Source: Macrostomum lignano (Eukaryota). Taken from it: a stretch of 64,000 nucleotides of DNA. A program made the translations under genes and the position numbers. The stretch is taken from positions 1-64,000 of the forward strand of contig NIVC01002814.1 in NCBI GenBank assembly GCA_002269645.1, written 5' to 3'. Shown here piece after piece: positions 1-20,571 of this stretch (position 1 is its first letter; every line of letters begins with the position of its first letter). Below the pieces are notes generated by a model that saw only the letters and a list, made by a program, of their open reading frames with translations, had not been told where the DNA came from and did no database searches.

Positions 1-885
1 ACTGTACTTTACTTTCAATTTATCCATTTCCAAAAAAAATAAATTAGAAGTCCAGCAAAAATTTATTTAGATTATTTCATACATTAGGCAGGCATTTATT
101 TTTGCATCTGAATTAATTTTGGAATTGATTCTTTTTATCCTAAAATATTTCTATTTTAGAGCAATATTGATAAGTCATAGTCATAGCAAACTTAAGCTTA
201 CAAGAAAAGTTTTTTAAGTTTAGTAAGTAAATAAGTTAAGCAAATTAATAAGTATATAGGTTTTTTAGAGTTCGATCAGAAACATTTTTTTGTATCTATA
301 TCTATCCATAAGTTATATCTTGAGAAAATTTCTATAGCCATCCATATCTATATCCATAGCTAGTATATAAATCACAGCATGCATGTGGCATCAAAAATCT
401 TTTGCTAAGTCCAAATCTATTCAGGGACTTGAAAGCTCCCCTTTGAAGGTGAAAAGATTTATCTTTACCCCATATTGTCCAACTATAAATACAATATGGA
501 TATAGTATTAAAAATCTATATTGATGGTTAAGTCTTGATTTCCAGGGACTTTCCAGAACTGGCAACATTCATTTATTTCTATTGCCCTAACCCTATCAAG
601 TCAATAGCTCCAATTGTCTTTCAATTCTCAATTGAGTGGTGTTTACTAGATATCGGAAGTATATATTCCCATAACTATATCCATATCCATGTGCTTTGGC
701 AAAAAACTCCATATTTGTAACTTCCCATAGCCATATCTATAGCTATATTGGAACTCTGGTTTTTTTTACAATGCTTATATATACAATTTATTTTTTTCAT
801 GTGAAGGCTTAAGTTAAGTAGATATGATCTAACTATAATAACTTAATTAAAAGCATTTTTTATTTTAGCTTCACCACAAAATATC

Positions 886-9607
<8,722 letters not shown>

Positions 9608-9831
9608 TGTACATAATTGGTGGCGGCTCCTTTTTATGTGTGCGCGTGTTTTTAGTTATCTACAGGGGTTTGTGCGGTGTAGGTAGGTTCATCTGCTGTA
9701 TTATTTATCATTAATATATTATCGCTTCATGTGTTTGATGTTTGCCGACGACATTCCAGAGTTGCGTTGCGAGTTTAAGAATTAGCGCGCGATTGAAGAT
9801 TAAAAAAACAAGAGTCACGTGAGTCACAACA

Positions 9832-9849
9832 TTTTTTTAATAAAATAAA
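9832..9849 (+). promoter_or_regulatory. Putative Orb2 polyadenylation signal (two AATAAA) with overlapping CPE (TTTTAAT)
   Basis: TTTTTTTAATAAAATAAA: CPE at 9835-9841 and AATAAA at 9839-9844 and 9844-9849, about 230 nt after the stop codon. Confidence 0.45.
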
Positions 9850-12800
9850 TCGAAAAGAAGAGTTTTAATAGCAGGACCGATTAGTTACTAGTAGACAGCA
9901 CCAAATATTAACTAGAAGTATTGGATTCAAGCAGACAAGTAGTTAAAATGACTAAAGGTAATAAATAGTTAGCGAAAGTTAAATCTGTGCGAATATTTGC
10001 ACGTGTTAATGTGATACTTTGATTTAGTCCTGATATATTAACTGTTATACCATAATTTTAAACGTTTTGATACGTCTAAACGTGAAATACTTGAAAACGT
10101 CGAAACGTTTGAAGCAGTATAAGCTACTCGAACGCAGTTTACGTATAGTTAAAGTTTGATGTGGCTCAAACTCAAAGCTAGTCTATTTTTGAACATTGAA
10201 CACATCAAAAAGTTTGATCACGTGGCTTATTAAAGACTTTTATCGCAATCACGCAGTCGATAATGTCACTTTTAAATTATTCGGCTTTGCTTGGGTTTCT
10301 ATTGTGTAAAAAAGCAATATTCTTATTTGAAACGATTAAAGATGACGTTTTTACTATTTAAATTTTAGTTAGTTAAACATTTTTTCTACGTAGCTACCAT
10401 TTCAAGAGGCTGATTCACAGATTTTCAGTGGCAAAAGCATGCAATCATTCTTGCATGCTAGCATAGTAACCATAGATTTTTTTAAGTTTAAGAGATTATT
10501 TATTCTGCACACGGACATGTAATATTTTTTACTATTCATGGCCTTTTTAAGCGTCTTAACTTTAACTCGATCTTAAGTCTGTTGTTTATGACCAAAAAGC
10601 GATATAAATGTTACCGAAGCTTTCCAAAATGTTTATTAGTGTGATCAGACTCAGAATGAATGAGCTTTTGAAAAAAATTAAGGATATTTATGATATTGTT
10701 CGTTTTCTTTAATCAGATGTTTCAAAGCAAAACGCATTTTGTTGTTTTGTGATTTTTGTTTAAACGCGCCTAAATTATTTCTTAATTCACGTGCCTAAGC
10801 GCACATATTAAAAAGCAATTTGGTAATTTTTTAATTGTTTTACTAATTCGGATTATCGATCCAACATCTTAGTAAAAATATCATGACAGCTCATGTATTG
10901 CATTTTAAATCTCTGGAGGAAATGGCGCTTACGTACCGGAAAGATTATATTTAAATCAATTTTCTTTATGGTCTGTCAATATTACTGCATACACAATTTC
11001 AGTAGCGTGTTAAGCGAATTTCCCGTTTTTATATTTCTTTCACGCACATTATACTTTGGTGTGGACTTTTCACTTTCACTATCAATTTGTAATATGTTTA
11101 CTTTGAAATAGCTACTTTTGCTTATTTTGTGGGTTGTTTTTCTGACTCTTTCTATCTATTTATATCTGCATGCATTATTTATTGTAAATTGTGTTTTACT
11201 ACTGCTAGCAACCATATCCTGCGTATTTTAACCAAAATTGGCAAGGTTGACTTTCTCTTTTAGTAGTTTCTGTGATAAATGAAATCTAGTCAAACTGGTA
11301 TTTCGTGTTGTTACTAAGTCTCCTTACAAATTGTTTATGAATTTTCCCTTTGCTATACAATATATGCATTATTTTTTGTGATGGACCGATATCTTAACCA
11401 CGATTTTTTTAGACTGAGGTACAACTTCTTTTCATAAAGATGGTGAATTGGTATTGCTGCTTATTTAATTTCTATATCTGTGTTTATGTATTTGACCCTA
11501 TGGCTATTCTGTAAGCGTCGCTATTATCCATGTTTCCTTGAACTATCTTTTTGTATTATATACACAAATTATTCACAAAATATGTTGTTTTCTAGAAATA
11601 TATATTAAAAATATGCATAAAAATATGAGCAATTTTTGCTGCTGGTTTTATATTTGGTGTCGGATTTCGCTAACATATATATCCTGCAATAAAGCTTTTC
11701 TTTTGTGCTCATTTTTTGTTTTGATTATAAAACTCTTACTAAAGCTGCAAGTTTTCTATTGTCTTTTTGTTTTTGTGCGACGTTTTGCTTTTTAAAAAAA
11801 AGTTTTGTAAATTTTGTTTACGGATTTTTAAAACTGCGAATATGATGGTTTGGTTTGGTTTCTTCCGTTATTCAATCACATTTTTTTGCGCGCCTAGTCC
11901 AGCTGACTGGATTTGTTTTATCCGCTCCGATTTAAAAAAAGTCTCTTTTGGTATTGTCAAATATGAATTTTTAATCAGTGCATCATCTGTGTCTCGATCT
12001 CGTCTGGCTTTTGATATCCTTTTGTTTTTATACGATTTTACTTGCAATAGCTTAACTCTGCGTATTTGATCCTTTTTGTTAATTTTGTTTTTTTTGTTCC
12101 AGGAATAGCGGGCGATTCTTTTTTCAGCTATCAGTTTAACAATAATCACGTCTCCTTTGAGCACTATTTTATACACTGTTTATTGTAGTTTTATTCGTTT
12201 CGTGTTTGCCAATCAGCATATTTATATATACGAACCCTATTATGCTATAATCTTCTAATGGTTTTGGAATTTTATGCTTTTTTATACTACTCTGATTGGT
12301 ACATTTTACACACAGTCTTTTCTTAAAGCTTGAAAATATTCTTGACTCCTAATTAGGCGACTCTTTTTATCACTAAACTGTCTTCATTAATCTTGCAGTA
12401 ATAGACGCCATGGCTATAGAGGCAGAATATATCGATAGTTTTTCAGGAAAAAAGAAACTATGGAACCTCTATAAAACAATTGTAATCGCTTGTGAGTTAA
12501 AATATTACGAACATGCCTAAGAATTGCACTTGTTTAGCGCAAGGTGCTAGCAAGAATGTTAGGCCACCGTTATTTACATGCACGTGTGATCGTGTAAAAC
12601 AATTTTGCGCTAATGTCACGAACTTTAAACAAAAACTAAATACCTATAGTAATTATTACTTTAATTATGCTTAAATTATTACTTTTTACTATTAATATAC
12701 AATTACTGTACTTTATATATAGTATTATACAGCTATACTCTTCTTTAATTTGTAACGAGCGTAAATTATAATATATACGGTTTCGTGTAATAGCGCAAAC

Positions 12801-13366
12801 AATAGTTTACATGGTCCTGGGTAAATAACTACTGTTAATATTAATTTGTAAGAGAAAAGTAAATTAGTTTCTTATTCAATCCATATATCTTTGTCTGCAA
12901 CTGCTGCGTTCAGCTTTTAGTACTGGAGAAAAAAATTCATTTTTTTTGTTTTATACTGCAGTTACCAAGATATTCAAGCTATGTTGTTTACTGGAATTGA
13001 AGTTCTTTGTCTATGGTTCTATCCTTTATAACTGTGTTTCTTCTTTTCATTTTTCGCACCAAAATCAATATGATTTATATAAAAGTGAAAGTAAAATGAT
13101 TTTTAACTATCAGCAAGATCATGCAGTCACGTTATGATGGTTATTCAATTTTTATTGCTATACTAACAACTTACTAATCTTTTTATGCTATTTTTCATTA
13201 AATATATATTATTGTTTGTTTGATAAAACCAATATTAAAATGTCTATTGTTTGTTACACAGAAATCCGAAGTTTGTTTTTATCGTATTAGGTTTTTAGAC
13301 CTTCGGTATTGTCGATTTAATAAAATAATAATAAATCGTATTCGAATTGTTTTTGGCGTCTGCCTG

Positions 13367-13600
13367 TCGTTTTGGGGCGGTCGTGTTTTGGGGGTGGCGT
13401 GTTTTGGGATTGACGTGTTTTGGTTGGTGGCGTGACGTGTTTTTGGGGTGACGTGTTTTGGGGGTGGCGTGTTTTGGGGGTGGCGTGTTTTGGGGATGGC
13501 GTGTTTTGGGGTGGCGTGTTTTGGGGTGGCGTGTTTTGGGGTGGCGTGTTTTGGGGTGGCGTGTTTTCGGTGTGGCGTGCAAGTAATCTTGGGGTGTGAC
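13367..13600. repeat. 15-bp minisatellite (GGCGTGTTTTGGGGT), followed by a TACATG-rich stretch (~13614-13720)
   Basis: Directly visible tandem units. They explain the KTRHP/GVACF ORFs. Confidence 0.9.
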
Positions 13601-14285
13601 GTTTTTAGTGGTTGTACATGTACGTGTCAATTGGGGGCTTTGTGGGTTGCTGTGGATATACATGTACATGAATTTTACATGTACATGTGTACATGCAGAT
13701 GTACATTATACATGTATAGCTAGTGGAACTGGTGTTACTATACCATGTAGCTGTTTAGTTGGCACGCGCGTTGCTGACTTGATAATTCAGACACAGTAAC
13801 TCGTATAGGCATCCGTTGGGTCGCCAGGGGCTAGAGAAATGGGCGGTCTCCTCTGCCTGATCGCTGCATCGGCCGGACGCCCCCTGCAGCTAAGTCAAGA
13901 GCATAGGCATCCGTTGCATGCCCATGTATGGTGTTTAAATGGGATTTTGTTTACACATTTAATGCTCTGCACACGTGCGTTTTGGTTAATTGAGTCAATA
14001 AAACAATTGACTTCGCGTTTTGTAATTGGCGTGGCTATTCTGGGAATTGGAAACTGCAGGGTAGCAACTTCCAAGCCTGTAGAGCCAGTTCCAACACATA
14101 TACACGGCTTTAAATGTTTTGTCAAACAAATTTAAAAGCATTCCCATTTTAACCTGGTGAGTGCACGAGTAGATAAAAGAGTTGCCGGTAGCTAAGACAC
14201 CTGCTAGAAAGCGCCTTAAAGGAAGGGTTTCTACAATATCAGGCCTACTGCTAATTTCGAGGTCTAGGAGACAGACCTGAGAAAC

Positions 14286-15266
14286 ATGCTAATTCTACTG
14301 CTCGCATCGCTTCTGAGCAGCCCTTACTCAGCCTCGGGCCAGATCGCGCAGCAGTGCACCGGCGGTCTCCGTCGCTACCAAAACTACAGCCTGCAGCCGG
14401 ACTGCAGCGAATCCAGCAGCACAGCTGATGAAGCAGGCGACTCTGTCACGGTGGCCACCTCAAGCCCACTCACCTGTGCACTCATTGCCAGCCAGAATGC
14501 CACAGCTGCTCCAGCTGCACTCGTCATGATGAGCTCACCAAACCACAACTCCATCAGCGAGTGCCGCATCGTCTCTGCTTCGTGCCAGCGCTTCAAGCTG
14601 ATCAACAAGTCGGAATCAGCTCGGCGACCGACTCCCGTGCTTGTTCTGGTGAGGTCAGCTGACTCAAAGGCGTTCCTTGTGTTCTCAATCAAGGCCGGCA
14701 GCGGAGTGAAGTCGTGGAAGCTTTTCGCAGGCGGCGATGCGGCGTCCAGCAGCGAGCGGCTGCTGCTGCAGTCGATGGATTCCCCTCTGCTGCCGGACAG
14801 CTTCAGGTCTGGCCTGCTGGACAGGATGCCGAGTCTGCTGCGAGCCCTGGCCTTCAAGCAGCTCATTGTGTGCGTGTACAGGCCTGGCGGGGAGCTGGCG
14901 GTGAAGCTGGTGTTCGACATCTCCGGTCTGGGCGACTCCATCGACAGGGAGAACTGGTTCCACTGGAGCCACCTCGTCTACAGCTGGCCCGTGCCCGACT
15001 TGAGAAACCGGTCGTTTGATATATTCAGCATTAAAGGTCATGACGGTTACGATTTAAGATTCTTCATAAACTTCATCTCCGGTGGCTGTGACAAATCACG
15101 GGGGCTGTTGTTTGCATACGATTCTCGAGCTTACAACTGCGACTGGCTTAACAGCTTACCTGGTCAGCCGCCTTGGATTATTTTTAATAACGGAGGAGAC
15201 CCTAACTACAAATGGAGCGGCGAGTCGGCTGAGGCTGCAGAGTACCTGACAGTCTGGGCTCGCTGA
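14286..15266 (+). CDS. Secreted 326-aa protein of unknown function (signal peptide, Cys-containing N-terminal region, uncharacterised invertebrate-type extracellular C-terminal domain)
   Basis: Uninterrupted GC-rich ORF beginning with hydrophobic MLILLLASLLSSPYSASG. The C-terminal pattern (W..F...RS.LLD..VCVY..G..LVFD...D.ENWF....L..S...DL....FSI.GH...RFFINFISGGC....GLL...CDW....P..IF...W....A..L.VW) is one I recall from uncharacterised invertebrate secreted proteins. I cannot assign a family name. Confidence 0.75.
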   Translation: MLILLLASLLSSPYSASGQIAQQCTGGLRRYQNYSLQPDCSESSSTADEAGDSVTVATSSPLTCALIASQNATAAPAALVMMSSPNHNSISECRIVSASCQRFKLINKSESARRPTPVLVLVRSADSKAFLVFSIKAGSGVKSWKLFAGGDAASSSERLLLQSMDSPLLPDSFRSGLLDRMPSLLRALAFKQLIVCVYRPGGELAVKLVFDISGLGDSIDRENWFHWSHLVYSWPVPDLRNRSFDIFSIKGHDGYDLRFFINFISGGCDKSRGLLFAYDSRAYNCDWLNSLPGQPPWIIFNNGGDPNYKWSGESAEAAEYLTVWAR

Positions 15267-15371
15267 GCACACCGGGAGGATATGAGATATACATGTAAGA
15301 GTCAGGGATGAAGGTATGGATCCAGGATAGCGCTTAGTATTGAGGATTTGAGGTTACAGAAAGTACATGTA

Positions 15372-15728
15372 TAGGATTGAGGATGTGGGATTGAGGATAA
15401 TAGGATTGAGGATAATAGGATTGAGGATAATAGGATTGAGGATATGGGATTAAGGATATGGGGTTGAGGATATGGGATTGAGGATAATGGGATTGAGGAT
15501 ATGGGATAGAGGATATGGGATTGAGGATATGGGGTTGAGGATATGGGGTTGAGGATATGGGGTTAAGGATATGGGATAGAGGATATCGGATTAACGATAT
15601 GGGGTTGAGGATAATGGGATTGGGAATAATAGGATTGCGGATGTGGGATTGAGAATAATAGGATTGAGGATATGGGATTGAGGATATGGGGTTGAGGATA
15701 ATGGGATTGAGGATATGGGATTGAGGAT
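15372..15728. repeat. 14-15-bp minisatellite (GGATTGAGGATATG/ATAAT)
   Basis: Directly visible tandem units just downstream of the 326-aa ORF. Confidence 0.92.
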
Positions 15729-15844
15729 GATACATGTATTTACGCTTTTTCGTGCAACGACAGACATGATCTACTAATCTAATATAATCTACATGCATGT
15801 AGTAATACTAATAATATTATACTAATACAATTTTTATTTAAACA

Positions 15845-16990
15845 GTCATACAGTCACAGAGAATAGGGGATCACAGAGTTACAGATAATCATTGAGTCAC
15901 GCATTACATGTAGGAGCCATAGGTTAAGCCAGTCACAGATAGGCTCATAATTGTCACATACATGCAAGGGTAAAACCCTTATAAAGTCATGCACAATGGT
16001 TACAAAGTCACAGATAGGGTCATAGAGCCACAGATAGGGTCATAGAGCCACAGATAGGGTCATAGAGCCACAGATAGGGTCATAGAGCCACAGATAGGGT
16101 CATAGAGCCACAGGTAGGGTCATAGAGCCACAGATAGGGTCATAGAGCCACAGATAGGGTCATAGAGCCACAGATAGGGTCAAAGAATCACACCTGGGTC
16201 AATAGAGTCACATATAGCGTCATAGAGTCACAGATAGGGTCATAGAGCCACAGGTAGGGTCATAGAGCCACAGATAGGGTCAAAGAATCACACCTGGGTC
16301 AATAGAGTCACATATAGCGTCATAGAGTCACAGATAGGGTCATAGAGCCACAGATAGGGTCAAAGAATCACACCTGGGTCAATAGAGTCACATATAGCGT
16401 CATAGAGTCACAGATAGGGTCATAGAGCCACAGATAGGGTCAAAGAATCACACCTGGGTCAATAGAGTCACATATAGCGTCATAGAGTCACAGATAGGGT
16501 CATAGAGCCACAGGTAGGGTCATAGAGCCACAGATAGGGTCAAAGAATCACACCTGGGTCAATAGAGTCACATATAGCGTCATAGAGTCACAGATAGGGT
16601 CATAGAGCCACAGATAGGGTCAAAGAATCACACCTGGGTCAATAGAGTCACATATAGCGTCATAGAGTCACAGATAGGGTCATAGAGCCACAGATAGGGT
16701 CAAAGAATCACACCTGGGTCAATAGAGTCACATATAGCGTCATAGAGTCACAGATAGGGTCATAGAGCCACAGGTAGGGTCATAGAGCCACAGATAGGGT
16801 CAAAGAATCACACCTGGGTCAATAGAGTCACATATAGCGTCATAGAGTCACAGATAGGGTCATAGTGCCACTGATAGGGTCAGAGTCACAGATAGGATAA
16901 TAGTCACAGATAGGGTCATAAAGTCACAAAGGTTCATTAAAATGTCACATAAGGTCATAAAGTCACACAAAGGTTCATAAAAAGTCACAG
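15845..16990. repeat. 20-bp minisatellite (GTCATAGAGCCACAGATAGG) with 80/100-bp and 260-bp higher-order repeats
   Basis: The marker CAAAGAATCACACCTGGG recurs at 16181, 16281, 16361, 16441, 16541, 16621, 16701 and 16801. Confidence 0.95.
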
Positions 16991-17570
16991 ATACGGTTAT
17001 TGTTTCAAGAAGTCAAGGCTTGATAAAAAAGATTGCAAATAAAAACACCCGACCGTCATTGCAAGTTGCGATCAAGCAAAAATGTGCTGAAATTCAAATA
17101 TTTGGTTTATTTTCATTTTTTGTCCGCGAAATAAATTGATATTTAATTAAAACTTTTTTAGGATAAAGCGAAATTGTAAATAAAAATGAACAAATCAGTT
17201 CAAAGCGGGGTGTCTAGATTATTCAGTTTAAGGATAAATTAAAGAAGCAGGATATTTTTATTGAGTAGTACAAACATAATTATGATAAAGAAAATCGAGG
17301 CAGAAGCTATATAAAAATTGCAACATACTATTGGTCAGAATGTGGCTAATCCTTCAGCTGCGATACCCTGGCTTGAATTATTAAATTTGGTAAAAGAAAT
17401 GTTTATGAATTGCTAGCAAAAATCGTAAACTAAAAATTGCTATCAATAAAGCCAATTAAAAAATTGTTCACACGATAAAAACGATAAAACGTTTTTCTTA
17501 CTACTAGTTAAATAGAAGTTAGTAGCCTGATTAGCGTATTTTCGGATTATTTTAAAAGCGGCGAGAAAAA

Positions 17571-20135
17571 TCAATAAATTGCTCGCCAGCCCGACAAGAC
17601 GGCGGCGGGCAGCAGCAGCGCAACGGCGGAGGCGCCGCCGGCGCTGCCCAAAGCGCCGCAGGTGTCGCCGGGGACGTCGACGAGAAAGCCGGAGTCTCCG
17701 GAAGCTCGGCCGCGCCGGTCGAAAGTCCGATAGACCAGTCGATTCGCGCCGGGCCTGTGCGGCGAGTTCAGCGGCTGCGGCGGCCGGTAATTGTCCACCA
17801 TGGCCTTGCCGCTCGGGTAGCGCAGCGAGCGGAGCAGCTTGAGCTGGCGGGCGCTCACCTGTGACGCCGAGCGGAAGACGGTCCACAGCACGTTCTCGTT
17901 GCAGGTCGGCGTGGTCAGGCCGCCTTCGTAGCGATAGAAATAGCGCCGGTACTTCGGCAGGAAGGCGTCAACAAAGTTGAAGTCGGAGGAGTTGAACTTC
18001 ACGTCCACGGATGTCTCTGCGGTTAGAATTGATTTGATGGGGTGGGATTTGATGGGGTGAGATTTGATGGGGTGAGATTGGATGGGGTGGGATTTGATGG
18101 GGTGGGATTTGATGGGTGAGATTGGATGGGGTGAGATAGGATGCGGTGAAATTGGATGGGGTGAGATTGGATGGGGTGAGATTTGATGGGGTGAGATTTG
18201 ATGGGGTGGGATTTGATGGGGTGAGATTGGATGGGGTGAGATTTGATAGGTGAGATTTGATGGGGTGAGATTGGATGGGGTGAGATTTGATGGAGTGGGA
18301 TTTAATGGGGTGAGATTTGATGGGGTGAGATTGGATGGGGTGAGATTGGGTGGGGTGAGATTGGATGGGGTGGGATTTGATGGGGTGAGATTTGATGGGG
18401 TGAGATTTGATGGGGTGGGATTTGATGGGGTGGGATTTGATGGGGTGGGATTTGATGGGGTGGGATTTGATGGGGTGGGATTTGATGGGGTGAGATTTGA
18501 TGGGGTGAGATTTGATGGGGTGGGATTTAATGGGGTGAGATTGGATGGGGTGAGATTGGGTGGGGTGAGATTGGATGGGGTGGGATTTGATGGGGTGAGA
18601 TTTGATGGGGTGAGATTTGATGGGGTGGGATTTGATGCGGTGAAATTGGATGGGGTGAGATTTGATGAGACTGGGATTATATGTGGTGAGATTAGATAGG
18701 ATGAGATTATAGATGGGATTAGATTGGATGGGGTAAGACTAGCTAAAATGAGACCAGATGAGATGAGATTCAAATAATTGTCCATGTCCAATTAGGATCA
18801 AATAAGCAGAGGTGGCAGACTCACTGAAATTGACCAGCTGAGGCAGGTAGGGCTCCAGCCGCAGCAGCAGGGGGTTATCAGTGTCGGACAATTCGTAGAA
18901 AACACCCAGCACAGCGAGGCCGCCAACTCTGTGCACTGCAACGCTGAAATTGTCATAATCGTAGCTGTTGTAAAACACCAGATGGCCCTCCAGGGGGTAG
19001 GCTCGACCCTCCATCGTGTGCTCGGAGCCTCGGCTGTTGTCGGCGCCCCAGTGCCAGTGCAGCTGGCTGGCAGTGTAGTACATCTTGTCGCCTTGGCCAA
19101 TTTTGATAACCAGGTCGGAGCCCATGCTGACCAGCAGCTTGTGGCCGTCGTTTGACAGAGTCAGCTGATTGGGTGTTTGGATTCAGGAGGTGAGGCGCTG
19201 TGTCAGACAGAGCCAATTCATTCTGGGGTGACACTGTGAAATGCACGGAAAATGAGAGGCAGAGGGGACGGAGCGAGAGAGAGGGAGAGGGAGAGGGAAA
19301 AGGAGACAGGAGAAGGAGAGGGAGAGGGAGAAGGAAAGGGAGAGGGAGAGAGGAGAGGGAGAGAGGGAGACAGGAGAGGGAGAGGGAGAGGAAAGGGAGA
19401 GGGAGAGGAAAGGGAGAGGGAGAGAGGAGAGGGAGAGGGAGAGGAAACGGAGAGGGAGAGAGAAGAGGGAGAGAGGGAGACAGGAGAGGGAGAGGAAAGG
19501 GAGAGGGAGAGAGGAGAGGGAGAGGGAGAGGAAAGGGAGAGGGAGAGAGGAGAGGGAGAGAGGAAGAAAGAGACAGGAGAGGGAGAGGGAGAGGGAGAGA
19601 GAGAGGGAGAGGGAGAGAGAGAGGGGGACAGGAGAGGGAGAGGGAGAGGGAGAAGGAGAGGGAGAGGGAGAGAGAGAGGGAGAGGGAGAGGGAGAAGGAA
19701 AGGGAGAGGGAGAAGGAAAGGGAGAGGGAGAAGGAAAGGGAGAGGGAGAGGGAGAGGGAGAAGGAGAGGGAGAGGGAGAGAGAGAGGGAGACAGGAGAGG
19801 GAGGGGGAGAATGAGAAGGAAGGCAGAGACAGATCAGTCAGCCGCAGCCGGGAACTCACAGTGAACTGAGCATTCTCAGTCTCCCTAATGCTGTACTCGG
19901 ACAATTTCGGGTCTACCAGCGAGTCCGCCAAGCTGAGATTAATTGGACTCTGCTTCCTGCCAGAGCAATACTGCGGGAATGACTTCGCCCAGGTGCTGGG
20001 ACCCCTGGACTCATAGTCCCAGGTGCCGTGCTCGATATTGGATCCGTGAACCACAGGTCTGGTCCCGAGAAGCAGGGCCACAAGCAGCAGCAGGGCCGGG
20101 ACTGACAGGTCGAAGATAAGCAGAATGCGATGCAT
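17571..20135 (-). CDS. Alpha-carbonic anhydrase, secreted/probably GPI-anchored (CA4-like); 3 exons
   Basis: Exons 20135-19860, 19164-18825 and 18016-17571, with GT-AG boundaries and matching phases. Features: signal peptide; WDY...GPSTW...[10 protein letters not shown]; NDGH (proton-shuttle His); zinc ligands in QLHWHWG, GSEH and LEGHLVFYN; [21 protein letters not shown]; [10 protein letters not shown]; extracellular-type Cys pair; and a hydrophobic C-terminal tail ([20 protein letters not shown]). Confidence 0.95.
18031..18745. repeat. 15-bp minisatellite (GATGGGGTGAGATTT)
   Basis: Fills carbonic anhydrase intron 2. It explains the NLTPS ORF. Confidence 0.96.
19253..19822. repeat. GA-only polypurine/polypyrimidine low-complexity tract (GAGGGA)n-like
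   Basis: Fills carbonic anhydrase intron 1 and is pyrimidine-rich on the gene's sense strand. Confidence 0.95.
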
Positions 20136-20571
20136 CGCTTGCTGTTGCTGTCGATCAGTTGCAGGCCTGGGCGTGACCTGTGCGGCCACGCTGCGTTTCT
20201 TTATAAGTCACAGAAAGCAGCGATCGAAATATGTGGGGTTTCGGCCATTCCTCCACGAGCCAATGAGAAGCCAAGAATGTGTGTACAAGCCTTTACAGCC
20301 TTTACAGCATTGCACACATCGATTGTTACTCATAATAGGTACCAGACCTCTCAGAACATTGTTCTCACTCACTTTTAAAGAAGCCCATAAATTTGGTTTA
20401 GCAGAACTTCTTGGGATGGTGGGTGAAAAATGAATTGAATTTGTACGTATTCTCTTAGATCGATTGTGTTGTACGGGACTGGTGAAAGCAATGAATGTGT
20501 ACATTCAATTCTTTTATGATTTCTACTTGAAATCTTAGAGCAACTCAAACCATGGGCCCATGAACGCAGCA

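Noticed and set aside
17571-19869. NLTPS-, ER/GE- and SP-repeat proteins as mucin or antifreeze-like domains of the carbonic anhydrase
   Set aside because: These stretches lie between in-phase GT-AG sites. The spliced CA is complete without them.
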